DNA from: Rhodobacter sp.
Lineage (GTDB): Bacteria; Pseudomonadota; Alphaproteobacteria; Rhodobacterales; Rhodobacteraceae
DNA: 64,000 nt
Direction of reading: 5' to 3'
Assembly (NCBI GenBank): GCA_030065095.1
Contig: JASJDP010000006.1
Location: forward strand, 16,777-80,776
Shown here: positions 26,204-35,075 of the stretch, piece by piece
Position numbering within the stretch: the stretch's first letter is position 1
Layout of the letters: each line of letters opens with the position of its first letter
Notes under the pieces: model-generated
Told to the model about the DNA's origin: nothing
The model's database searches: none
What the model saw: the letters and a program-made list of their open reading frames with translations, nothing else
Program-made: the position numbers and the translations under genes

Positions 26204-26638
26204 CTATTTTGCCTTCGGTTTTCTGCCCAATCCAATCTTCTTGGCCGTCGCCGCCCGCTTCTTGCTGTAGGACGGCGCAACCAGCGGGTAGTCCTTTGAG
26301 AGCTGCCACTTGGCACGGTAATCCGCCGGGGTCAGATCGTGTTCGGTGGACAGGTGGCGCTTAAGGGTCTTGAAGGATTTGCCACAATCTAAGCAGGTTA
26401 CGGCGTCCTTGCTGACGGACGCATCAATCGGCACGGCAGGCATGACGGGCTCTTCAGCGGCAGTTTGCGCGCTGGCATCATCCACCCCGCCTGACAGCCC
26501 GGCCAAAGTGCCGTGCACCGAGCGGATCAACTCCGCCAAATCGCCCTGTGCCATCTGGTTGCGTCCGGCATAGGCCGAAACGATTTCGGCCGCCATTCCC
26601 AAGAGTTCGTTTCCTGACTTCTCAACGTCTACGGCCAT
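26204..26638 (-). CDS. mucR: MucR/Ros-family zinc-finger transcriptional regulator
   Basis: 144 aa from the ATG at 26638. VTCLDCGKSFKTLKRHLSTEHDLTPADYRAKWQLSKDYPLVAPSYS is the Ros/MucR signature. Confidence 0.9.
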   Translation of the reverse strand: MAVDVEKSGNELLGMAAEIVSAYAGRNQMAQGDLAELIRSVHGTLAGLSGGVDDASAQTAAEEPVMPAVPIDASVSKDAVTCLDCGKSFKTLKRHLSTEHDLTPADYRAKWQLSKDYPLVAPSYSKKRAATAKKIGLGRKPKAK

Positions 26639-26871
26639 ATCTTGTGCCCTCATGTTCCTTAGCCACAAGGATAGGGCATTCGGCGCGGTGATTCCAGTCT
26701 CCCTGCTCAACGACCTCCAAGGCACAACCCAGAACAAGTGCTGGATGCCTAGAATGGCTGCCCAGGTTGCAAAATGGCCGTTAACTCACGTGGGCAAGAG
26801 AATTTATCTTGATTTGTGAGGATGTTACGGAAACGGCAGGTCCACTCACGTGACCAAAGGGACCACTCACT

Positions 26872-27813
26872 ATGCTTCACATCGACCTCGCCGGGTTCGA
26901 GGCCTATTGCCGTGACCAAAAGGGGCTCAGCGACCACAGTCTGCGCGCCTATCGCCAAGATTTACGGGCGTTCAACGCCTTTGTGGCGGATAGTACGCCC
27001 AGTGCAAAATTCTCGTCCGAGCTCGTGATTGCCTATCAACGCCATCAGCGAGACGTGAAATCGGCCAGCCCAGCCACCATTCGGCGCCGAATGGTGACTT
27101 TGCGCGCCTATTGCACCTGGCTGGAGCGGCAGCAATCGGGTTTCGCATCACCGTTCTCGGGTCTCGAATTGGACCTTCGTGTGCCCCAGCGTCTGCCACG
27201 CCCTGTAGACCGCCCAACGCTATCCGCCGTGTTTCGCGCCGCGCCACATTGTAGAGATGTCACAGAGTGTAGGGGTGTGGATGTTCGCGCAAATTCGGTG
27301 AGGCAGGGCCAGGTGACGGGATTGATCGTCCGCCTGCTAGTGGTCACCGGTCTGCGCATCGGCGAACTTACCCATACCCGCTTGCGCGACGTAAACGGTG
27401 CCGGGGCGCAGATAAGAGTGATGGGCAAAGGCAGCCGTGAACGGACGGTCTACGTCACCAATCATCGTCTGTTGGAAGACTTTGCGGTTTATCTCAGCCA
27501 ACGTCGTCAGGACGGGACACCAGACAGCTTCGTGTTCTTGAACACACGCGGTGGGCGCTTGACTGAAGCGGCCTTCCGCAAACGCCTACGCCAACTGTCC
27601 GCCGACCTTCAAATCGCGCCTCATATCACGCCCCACCGCTTCCGGCACTCCGCGGCTACTCTGTTGATCGAAGAGGGCGTCGATATCCGTCTTGTGCAGC
27701 GGCTTTTGGGGCATGCGAGCATCTCAACGACCGAAATTTACACCAAAGTGTCTGACAGTTCGCTGTTTCAGGCCATCGAGCACGCCGACACGCTGGCGAA
27801 GGTCGATTCCTGA
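26872..27813 (+). CDS. tyrosine recombinase, XerC/XerD-like
   Basis: 313 aa with an N-terminal SAM-like domain (LSDHSLRAYRQDLRAF) and catalytic blocks (TGLRIGEL, PHRFRHSAATLL, LLGHASISTTEIYT). Confidence 0.85.
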   Translation: MLHIDLAGFEAYCRDQKGLSDHSLRAYRQDLRAFNAFVADSTPSAKFSSELVIAYQRHQRDVKSASPATIRRRMVTLRAYCTWLERQQSGFASPFSGLELDLRVPQRLPRPVDRPTLSAVFRAAPHCRDVTECRGVDVRANSVRQGQVTGLIVRLLVVTGLRIGELTHTRLRDVNGAGAQIRVMGKGSRERTVYVTNHRLLEDFAVYLSQRRQDGTPDSFVFLNTRGGRLTEAAFRKRLRQLSADLQIAPHITPHRFRHSAATLLIEEGVDIRLVQRLLGHASISTTEIYTKVSDSSLFQAIEHADTLAKVDS

Positions 27814-27838
27814 GTGACGATAACCCGGAATTATCACA

Positions 27839-29065
27839 ATGGGACAACACGAGGAGGGGTTTTCGAACGCCGGGAATTACGTTGCTCCAGGGCGGATCGC
27901 CGCAAAGATCATCTGCCGGGTTTTTCAAAGAAACATCAAAGTCGGGCAGTTGTTCCTGCAATTCCCGACAAACAGTATTTCTATCGGACAGGGCAATCCC
28001 GTTTGCTCGATCGAGCCGCCAACGTTGTGGCGCTTTGCAAGGATGGTAATGCGCGCCGACCTTAACGTCGCCGACCATTACGTTCGGGGGTACTGGAATT
28101 GCGATATGAAAGATCTGTACCACTTACTTGTCATCCTCTTTCAAAATCGCGATTCAAATCTTTGGCGATACTTTAGCTATGTGAACGAGAGAAACCCTCT
28201 TCGTGATTCGGTCATCTACCGCTTATTCCCAAAGTTAATAAACAAAAATACTGCATTTCACTACAGTTCCAATACAGACTTCATGAGAATTGTGCTTGGA
28301 GATACACTTCTCTATACGTGTGCATTTTTTGACTCTGACGCCGACAAACTTGATAATGCACAGCTGAACAAGGTCCACACCGTCGCAAGTAGGTTGCAAA
28401 TAGAGCCGTCTGATGATGTCCTGGAGCTTGGTTGTGGTTGGGGAAATACGGCTGAGATCATCAGCGAGGATTATAAGTGCAAAGTAACAGGTGTTAACCT
28501 TACGTCATCCCAGATTGATTATGCAAAAAAGAACTCTGGGCATGATACTCACTTCATAAACTCCAATATATTCGACTTTGATCCCGGTAGAGAATTTGAC
28601 CGAATATACTCTATTGGAATGCTCGAGCATATCGGGGTTGGCCTTCACTCTCGCTTCTTTGCCAAAGTTGCGCGTTTGTTGAAGCCCGGAGGAACGGCGC
28701 TAATTCACTGTATCGTCAGGGAAAAACCAGGCGCAACAAACGCGTGGATTGACAGTGCAGTTTTTCCCGGAGGGTATATTCCTCTCATATCGGATGTCGT
28801 GAGGTCGATTGAACAGAACCGTATCTCGATAAAGGACATATTCATACATCACAAATCCAACTATTTCCGTACATTAAAATCTTGGAGGGAGAATTTTTTC
28901 TCATCCGAGAAAGCCTTGCGAGAAATACTTCTTCGAGATCTCCAGGCGCCGGAGGTTGAGAAGATAATGAGAATGTGGAATTTTTACCTAGCGGTCAGTC
29001 AGCTTTCCTTCTCGCCTGAGCACGGAACGTATCAAACCGCGCAGTTCAGCCTGCAAAAGAATTAA
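27839..29065 (+). CDS. cyclopropane-fatty-acyl-phospholipid-synthase-family SAM methyltransferase
   Basis: 408 aa, mostly AT-rich. ADHYVRGYWNCD, YTCAFF, VLELGCGWG, SIGMLEHIG and LKPGGTALIHCI match the CMAS family. Confidence 0.8.
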   Translation: MGQHEEGFSNAGNYVAPGRIAAKIICRVFQRNIKVGQLFLQFPTNSISIGQGNPVCSIEPPTLWRFARMVMRADLNVADHYVRGYWNCDMKDLYHLLVILFQNRDSNLWRYFSYVNERNPLRDSVIYRLFPKLINKNTAFHYSSNTDFMRIVLGDTLLYTCAFFDSDADKLDNAQLNKVHTVASRLQIEPSDDVLELGCGWGNTAEIISEDYKCKVTGVNLTSSQIDYAKKNSGHDTHFINSNIFDFDPGREFDRIYSIGMLEHIGVGLHSRFFAKVARLLKPGGTALIHCIVREKPGATNAWIDSAVFPGGYIPLISDVVRSIEQNRISIKDIFIHHKSNYFRTLKSWRENFFSSEKALREILLRDLQAPEVEKIMRMWNFYLAVSQLSFSPEHGTYQTAQFSLQKN

Positions 29066-30074
29066 AAACTGCTTTTCCGTTATCATAAACCATCGAAAGC
29101 AGTATCGAATTGAATATGATGATGAGTGCTGCATTGCAGTAGCCGAAGCCTGCCGGTTGCGGGGTCTGGAAGGGGCTTAACGAGACCAGTTGAACATACT
29201 TTCTGCAAAACTCGTCGATGCCCATCCGGATCAACGCCCGCTTGACCCAATACGCAAAAGTCAAAAAGATACGGTAGACAAGCAAGACAGTAATCAATGC
29301 AATTGTCGGAAAGAAAACAGTTCCCGTAATGATAAGCTGACCTGGAAATGGCTGTCCAATCATAGTTCCGGATTCGAGATTTCCGACAAGTGCATATGGC
29401 CATAAAGCCAGATCAAATATAGTTGAAAATAGGTCTTCAGAAAGCTCTATATTGTTTTCGGACCGTTTGTAGTACCACAGCACGCACGAGATAAGCTGAT
29501 TGGGAGCGAATACGATAGTTGCCACGAACATATCAATTGTGCCGTATCTAAAAATCTTTCCTGTTTCAGATATTTTCCTCAAATGTCTAAAAGTATAAAA
29601 TATAGATATATAGTCAGTGATCGCATTTGAAAAGATATAGACCAGAAGATAGAAGATCGCATTGAGATTTTGCCTGTCGTAGTTATAGAAAACCAGTGAC
29701 GCGTCCTGATTGTAGAGGGGGCGTGTTAACAGTATTCCGAATGTAATGTATATGCAGTAAAAAAGGACGAACCTTCGAAATACGAAGTACTTATTGTCCC
29801 GCATCCATGTAGTGTCGACGCCGCTTAGGGGAGTTCGCTCTCGCTTTTCGCCGCGATAACCTATGACGAATATGATAAACTTTTGAATGCTTGTCGCGAG
29901 CAACTTAATGGCATCGGATTTCTCGCCAGAGTCAATATCCCCGTCTTGTTGGTTCAATGCTGTATAAAGTTGAAGCGAGTATCGAATTGCCACCAGCAGA
30001 ACCAATAGAAACAAGAGCCTTGCCACTATCACGACACCGGCCCACACGTCGTACACATATAAATCCGTCAGCAT
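29046..30074 (-). CDS. polytopic membrane protein, unknown function
   Basis: 342 aa with many hydrophobic segments. About 32% G+C in the 60-nt line at 29401. Its 3' end overlaps the methyltransferase 3' end by 20 bp. Confidence 0.6.
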   Translation of the reverse strand: MLTDLYVYDVWAGVVIVARLLFLLVLLVAIRYSLQLYTALNQQDGDIDSGEKSDAIKLLATSIQKFIIFVIGYRGEKRERTPLSGVDTTWMRDNKYFVFRRFVLFYCIYITFGILLTRPLYNQDASLVFYNYDRQNLNAIFYLLVYIFSNAITDYISIFYTFRHLRKISETGKIFRYGTIDMFVATIVFAPNQLISCVLWYYKRSENNIELSEDLFSTIFDLALWPYALVGNLESGTMIGQPFPGQLIITGTVFFPTIALITVLLVYRIFLTFAYWVKRALIRMGIDEFCRKYVQLVSLSPFQTPQPAGFGYCNAALIIIFNSILLSMVYDNGKAVFNSFAG

Positions 30075-30377
30075 AGTTCCGGGTTATCGTTACTGATTTT
30101 CGATCTGCATCTGACACCAACTTTCCGACTCGGATCAACCCCGAATGTTCCTTAGGAAAACATGAAGATTGGATGAAGTCGGCGGGTCACTTCCAGCCCA
30201 ACCGCCCGTCTGTCGTTCTGACCCCCGATCATGATCACTTTGACCCATGCAAACAGGTTGCGTTGTCTTTCGGGGTGCGGTGTCGAGGCCGGGCATACAA
30301 GCCTCAATACCCAGATGGGTAAGGTCTTCGCCGCGTCGGTGGGCGGCGGAGCCAGTGCTGGTGCGGCGCTCGGCAAG

Positions 30378-30407
30378 ACCCCGGTGCCCCTGTAACCGCA
30401 CCGGGGT
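30378..30407. other. 10-bp-stem inverted repeat ACCCCGGTGC-(10 nt)-GCACCGGGGT, candidate oriT or regulatory hairpin
   Basis: Read directly. Lies 206 bp upstream of the T4CP-like gene start. Confidence 0.45.
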
Positions 30408-30612
30408 AAACGCTGGTGCTGGCCAAGCTCCGTGCCACCCCCGTGACCACCATGGAAACCACTTCCAAAACCACCGCGATGGCCACGGTCAACACCTCAA
30501 TGAAGACCAAGGTCGAGCCCACCGCGTAAACTCCCTACACCCGCTCATAGAGCGGCTTCGCGCCACCCAGAATGTTTCACAAGAACGGGAGCGGCGCGTT
30601 ACTCTGAGGGCG

Positions 30613-32037
30613 ATGCCAAGACGCCGATACGGCTACCGTTACTCCCGCATGGACCCCAAGCATGTCCGTGACTTTTTTTACCGCCACGCCTTGTCCGTCC
30701 GGCTGATGACCTTGTTTTTCGACGGGCTGTGGTGGCTGATCTCAAAAGGGTGCCTTCGCCTGATACGTTGGATCGTATCGTTGGTCCGATTTCGATTGCC
30801 CGCCTGGTTCTGGATCGACGAACGCTTGCGGCGGCAGCATACCTTCGTGGCCGGGCGCACCGGCGTCGGCAAGTCCGTGCTGCTGCACAACCTGATCCGG
30901 CATTATCTGGTTTGGAACCGCAAACCCTCGATTGTCTTGCTCGATCCGCACGGCGATCTGGCGCGTTCGGTGGTGCGGGACCGGGCGTTTCGGCGGGGGG
31001 ACCGGCTGGTCTACATCACGCTGGACGGCATCGCCGGAGCCCACGTGCATCTCAATCCGTTCGATCTGCCCATCCGCTCCGAACACCGCCTCAACCGCGC
31101 CCAGGTCCAGTTCTCCGGCGCGATGGAACAGATCGTCGGTCAACCCTTCTCGCCGGTGCAACGCACACTGATCCGCGCCTGCCTTGCGGTCATGCTGCAC
31201 AAACGCGGGGCCACGTTGGTGGACCTGGTACGCCTCTTGGCCGATGAGCAAAACGCCGATCTGCTGCGCTACGGCCAAGAGCAACTGCCCAACGCCATCG
31301 ACCGGCAGTTCTTTGTCGGCAGTTTCGGCAAGTCCCACTATCGCGCCAGCAAACAAGCGCTGGTCGCGCGCCTGACCGATATCGTGCGAGATCCCTATGT
31401 TCGTCGCTTCGCCTGCCAGAAGAGCAGCTTCGATCTGGGGGCCGCGCTCGATAGCGGCAAGGTGTTGGTGGTCTGCTTCGACCCCTCCAAGCAAGGCGCC
31501 GACACCATCCGTGCCATCGGGCAGTTGCTGAATGCTGCCATCCTCAGCCACGTGCTGGGGCGCACGCCGCACAAACGTCACCCCATCCATCTCTTCGTCG
31601 ATGAATGCCAATACTTCGTTAGCCCGACCATCGCTGACATCCTGGGCGAAAGCCGCAAATTCGGTCTTTACGCCACGCTGGCCACCCAACGGGTGGAACG
31701 GCTCGATCCTGACCTACTGGACGCCATTCTGGGCAATGTCGGCACGCTGTGGATCGGCGCCTCGCGCCACGTTACGGCAGAGAAGCTGGCCCGAGAAACC
31801 GATCTCAAGCCTGACGACATCCGCGCTTTGCCCAATCTCTGGTTCTACCGGGTGGCCAATGAACGCCCCGTCGTGAAGCAGCGTCTGCCCTTCATCGGGC
31901 TTCGCTACGCCATGCGCCCCAAGGATTGGGCGCGGGTCACCCGGCAACAGGCCAAGCGCTATTACCGCAAGCCATCCAACAACGACGGTGCCGATCCATC
32001 CAATCCGCCCAATTCCTGGGCACCCTACTTCCTGTAA
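30613..32037 (+). CDS. T4CP/TraD/FtsK-HerA-like P-loop ATPase (module A)
   Basis: 474 aa from the ATG at 30613. N-terminal hydrophobic segment, Walker A GRTGVGKS and Walker B IHLFVDECQYF. The ORF-track extension to 30247 is rejected. Confidence 0.7.
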   Translation: MPRRRYGYRYSRMDPKHVRDFFYRHALSVRLMTLFFDGLWWLISKGCLRLIRWIVSLVRFRLPAWFWIDERLRRQHTFVAGRTGVGKSVLLHNLIRHYLVWNRKPSIVLLDPHGDLARSVVRDRAFRRGDRLVYITLDGIAGAHVHLNPFDLPIRSEHRLNRAQVQFSGAMEQIVGQPFSPVQRTLIRACLAVMLHKRGATLVDLVRLLADEQNADLLRYGQEQLPNAIDRQFFVGSFGKSHYRASKQALVARLTDIVRDPYVRRFACQKSSFDLGAALDSGKVLVVCFDPSKQGADTIRAIGQLLNAAILSHVLGRTPHKRHPIHLFVDECQYFVSPTIADILGESRKFGLYATLATQRVERLDPDLLDAILGNVGTLWIGASRHVTAEKLARETDLKPDDIRALPNLWFYRVANERPVVKQRLPFIGLRYAMRPKDWARVTRQQAKRYYRKPSNNDGADPSNPPNSWAPYFL

Positions 32038-32051
32038 TTCGCTTCTTTCCC

Positions 32052-32891
32052 ATGACCGCCGCATTTTCGCTTTTCAGCCCACAGCAATGGCATGTCCTGC
32101 GCGCCCTCAGTCTCTACCGCTTCCTTACGGTCGATCAGATGTTGCATCTGGGAATCTCACGGAACGCCAAATCCCTGCGCGACAAGTCACTCTTCGCTTT
32201 GCGTCACCACGGCTGCATCCAGTCGGAAAAGATCGGCTCGTTTCTACCGGACGTGCATTACATGAACGCCAAAGGGGCCGCCATTCTGGAGGAGCTGGAG
32301 GGAGTCGCTCTCGACGCCACACCCAGCAAGAAGCGGCAACCTTTCTCGGCCTTGTTCGCCCCGCATCGCTTCGCCCAGGTCGATTTCCACATCGGCGTGC
32401 GGCAATGGGCCGAGTCCCGTGGCGATGTGGAGGTGTTGCTGGAATTGCAGGACTTCGTGCGCCAGCCCCGCGCGGCCACCGAGTTGCAAGTGCCCGGTCT
32501 GGTCAATTCGGTCATCCCGGACGGTCTGTTCGCCGTCGGCACTAATTCGGGGCAGGAAGCGGTCTACGCGGTGGAAATCCACCGCGCTACGCAGAGCAAG
32601 GCGGTGGCCGGGCAACTGAGCCAGTATTTTGAGGTCATCAAGAGCGCGGCCATCGCTCAAACCCACGGGGTCACGGCGAACCCGATCATCTGTTCGGTGC
32701 ATCAGCAACCGGCGGTGCTGGCCAGCGTCAAGGCGCGGCTGGCCGCCCATGACGGTTTCGCGCCGTTTCGGCAGAATTTCGTCTTCCACACGTTGGATGA
32801 CCTGCGCGACAATTTCACCGGCGGTTGGCATTTGGCGGACGACACGCCCGCCCAGCCGTTTCCGCTGCCTAAGCCCAAGCGCGATGCCTAA
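32052..32891 (+). CDS. replication-relaxation (Replic_Relax) family protein (module A)
   Basis: 279 aa. The N-terminal wHTH-like LFSPQQWHVLRALSLYRFLTVDQMLHL is characteristic. Starts 15 nt after the ATPase stop. Confidence 0.65.
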   Translation: MTAAFSLFSPQQWHVLRALSLYRFLTVDQMLHLGISRNAKSLRDKSLFALRHHGCIQSEKIGSFLPDVHYMNAKGAAILEELEGVALDATPSKKRQPFSALFAPHRFAQVDFHIGVRQWAESRGDVEVLLELQDFVRQPRAATELQVPGLVNSVIPDGLFAVGTNSGQEAVYAVEIHRATQSKAVAGQLSQYFEVIKSAAIAQTHGVTANPIICSVHQQPAVLASVKARLAAHDGFAPFRQNFVFHTLDDLRDNFTGGWHLADDTPAQPFPLPKPKRDA

Positions 32892-33013
32892 GCCCAAGTC
32901 ACCGGCTGATGGTACGCCGCCTCCAGGCATTGACGCCGACACTGACGCCAAGCTTCGACTGGCCGCCAGCCTTTTGCTTGACTCGTTTCTGGCCATGGAT
33001 TCAATCAAAGATA

Positions 33014-34840
33014 ATGAACACTGAATATGACGGCTTGCTGATGATCCGGGTGTCCACCACCAAGGGCGCCAAAGAAAGCGAAGGCCCGGAATGGCAGCTC
33101 GACCGAGGGCTGGCCTTTGCCCAAAATGAGCTGGGGATTCACTCCGACAAGATCATGGTCCAGAATGAGATTTGGTCTGGGCGTGACGAACAACGACCGG
33201 GGATGGGCCAAGCCTTCGACATCGCGGAAAAACACGGCATTCCGCACGTGGTGTTCTTCGATATTGATCGCTTCACGCGGGCGGGACCGGAACATTACGG
33301 CTACTGGAAACGCAAGTTCGCCGCCATCGGCTGCGCCATCCACGACGTTAAAGGCATAATCCAGCCGGAGACCAATTCCCTGGCCGGGACCGGCGGCGAA
33401 CTAGGTCCGGATTTTGCCTATGAATGGAGCGTCTATTCCCCCTCCGAGAAAGCCGAAGTGATGGAAGCGCAGATGGCCAAAGACGAAGCTCGCAAGATTT
33501 TGGGCCGCGCCATTCCGGCGCAGATACGAGGTGCCCAAGCCGGGCGCACCATTCGCGCTGCGCCTTATGGATATAGCAATATCAAGATTACCGACGAGAA
33601 CGGCTGCCCCGAACCCTCCAAAGAGCCCAATGAAGCCGAAGCGGTCTACATTCGCCATATTTTCGAAGGCCTGGCCGCCGGGCAAACCACGCGCGAGGTG
33701 TGCAACCGCCTGAACTCGATGGGGTTTCTGACCCGAAAATATCGCAAGTGGGACGCGACCCACACCAAAGTCGTCGGCACCAAGGGGGGTCAACCGCTGA
33801 CCCCCAAACGTGTTTTGGACATCATTGCCCGCCCCGTCTACGCGGGCTTCATCTGCGAGAAATGGACCCACCGCATTCCCACCCCGGCCAACCATGAGGG
33901 ATTGGTCTCAGTCGAACTCTGGAACCGAGCCAACCGGGGGCGCTGGCAGATCATCAAAGATAACGATAGCCCCACCGGCTGGACCCGGCTGGATTTGAGC
34001 CAGCAAACCAAGAAACCACCCCGCCAGCGGCATCGGGAAGAATTTGGCTTCAAAGCCCTGATCCGTTGCCACCAGTGTGGCCGACAGCCCTATGCCGGGT
34101 TTTCTCGCAGTCGCAACGGTGACCGCTATGGCTATTATTTCTGCGCCAAGGGCCACAAACAGATCAGTGTTCAGCGGGGTGTCCTGCACCAGTCTATCCG
34201 GACCTACTTGCAAGACCTGCGGTTTACGCCTGAACTGACGGCGCGATTGGAATACCACCTGCGCGAACTTTGGGTCGAGAAAATGGGCGGCCTAAACCAA
34301 CGGCTGATCGCCGACAACACCGAATTGACTTCACTGCGCCAAGAGGCCGACGCGCTTCTCAAGAACTTCCGGCACATTTCCAACCCGCGCATCGTGGCAC
34401 AACTGGAGCAAGACTACGAAGCACTGCTCCAGCGCATCAAACTGCTGGAGGCCAACCGGGATGAGAAGGAGTTTTCCGAGGCGGATTTCAACCGCGCCAT
34501 CCAATGGGCCAAATATTTGCTTGAACACCTCGACGAATTGATCGTGGACGCCGATGACAGCGGCCTTCGCGCGGTGTTCTGGTCCCTGATTTTCCAGCGC
34601 GAGCCAACCCTTGAAGAACTACAGCTTAGAACCGCACCTTTGTCGCCCCTGGTGCGGTTTAGGTCAGGGTCGAAGTCAGGCAAATCCGGTGTGGTGGAGC
34701 CAAACGCCTTTCGTTCGAACCAGCTTTGGGATGAGTTAATGCGGTGGTACAAGACCCTGCAACCTTTGGAAAACGTTCTGCCCAACGGCTTCAAATTGCC
34801 TACCGATGGCGAAATGGGGAATTCTTCCTTGGCCGCATGA
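33014..34840 (+). CDS. large serine recombinase
   Basis: 608 aa from the ATG at 33014. Resolvase domain with LLMIRVSTTKG (catalytic Ser), a recombinase domain, a Zn ribbon (CHQCGRQ...YYFCAKGHK) and a C-terminal coiled coil. Confidence 0.88.
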   Translation: MNTEYDGLLMIRVSTTKGAKESEGPEWQLDRGLAFAQNELGIHSDKIMVQNEIWSGRDEQRPGMGQAFDIAEKHGIPHVVFFDIDRFTRAGPEHYGYWKRKFAAIGCAIHDVKGIIQPETNSLAGTGGELGPDFAYEWSVYSPSEKAEVMEAQMAKDEARKILGRAIPAQIRGAQAGRTIRAAPYGYSNIKITDENGCPEPSKEPNEAEAVYIRHIFEGLAAGQTTREVCNRLNSMGFLTRKYRKWDATHTKVVGTKGGQPLTPKRVLDIIARPVYAGFICEKWTHRIPTPANHEGLVSVELWNRANRGRWQIIKDNDSPTGWTRLDLSQQTKKPPRQRHREEFGFKALIRCHQCGRQPYAGFSRSRNGDRYGYYFCAKGHKQISVQRGVLHQSIRTYLQDLRFTPELTARLEYHLRELWVEKMGGLNQRLIADNTELTSLRQEADALLKNFRHISNPRIVAQLEQDYEALLQRIKLLEANRDEKEFSEADFNRAIQWAKYLLEHLDELIVDADDSGLRAVFWSLIFQREPTLEELQLRTAPLSPLVRFRSGSKSGKSGVVEPNAFRSNQLWDELMRWYKTLQPLENVLPNGFKLPTDGEMGNSSLAA

Positions 34841-35075
34841 CGATTGGCAAAATCACATTCGCCCCAAAACGATCGATCGTTACCACCTTGAAAACCACCA
34901 TCAATGCCACCGTCGAAACCACTGTTGGCTCGCCACACTATGTCGCGAGAGAACCGGATTTGGGACGAACTCGTGCAGTAGTTTGAAGCGATTTCGTCGC
35001 AAAGCGAATTCGCGCGCAAAGTTTTACCACTGGGTTCGCGTATGGTATTATATGATTGATTTTTAATAATTTCCC

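Noticed and set aside
25944-26309. 107-aa and 108-aa ORFs in the RES-MucR intergenic region (possible gene fragment)
   Set aside because: One partly overlaps mucR, there is no start context and no motif. It could be a degraded remnant, but I cannot support that.
30247-30612. 122-codon N-terminal extension of ATPase A, and the antisense 72- to 88-aa ORFs here
   Set aside because: The extension is Arg/Pro/His-rich with no homology-like pattern and contains the 10-bp-stem hairpin. The region is treated as a non-coding leader. A 25-codon ORF at 30462..30539 is too short to support.
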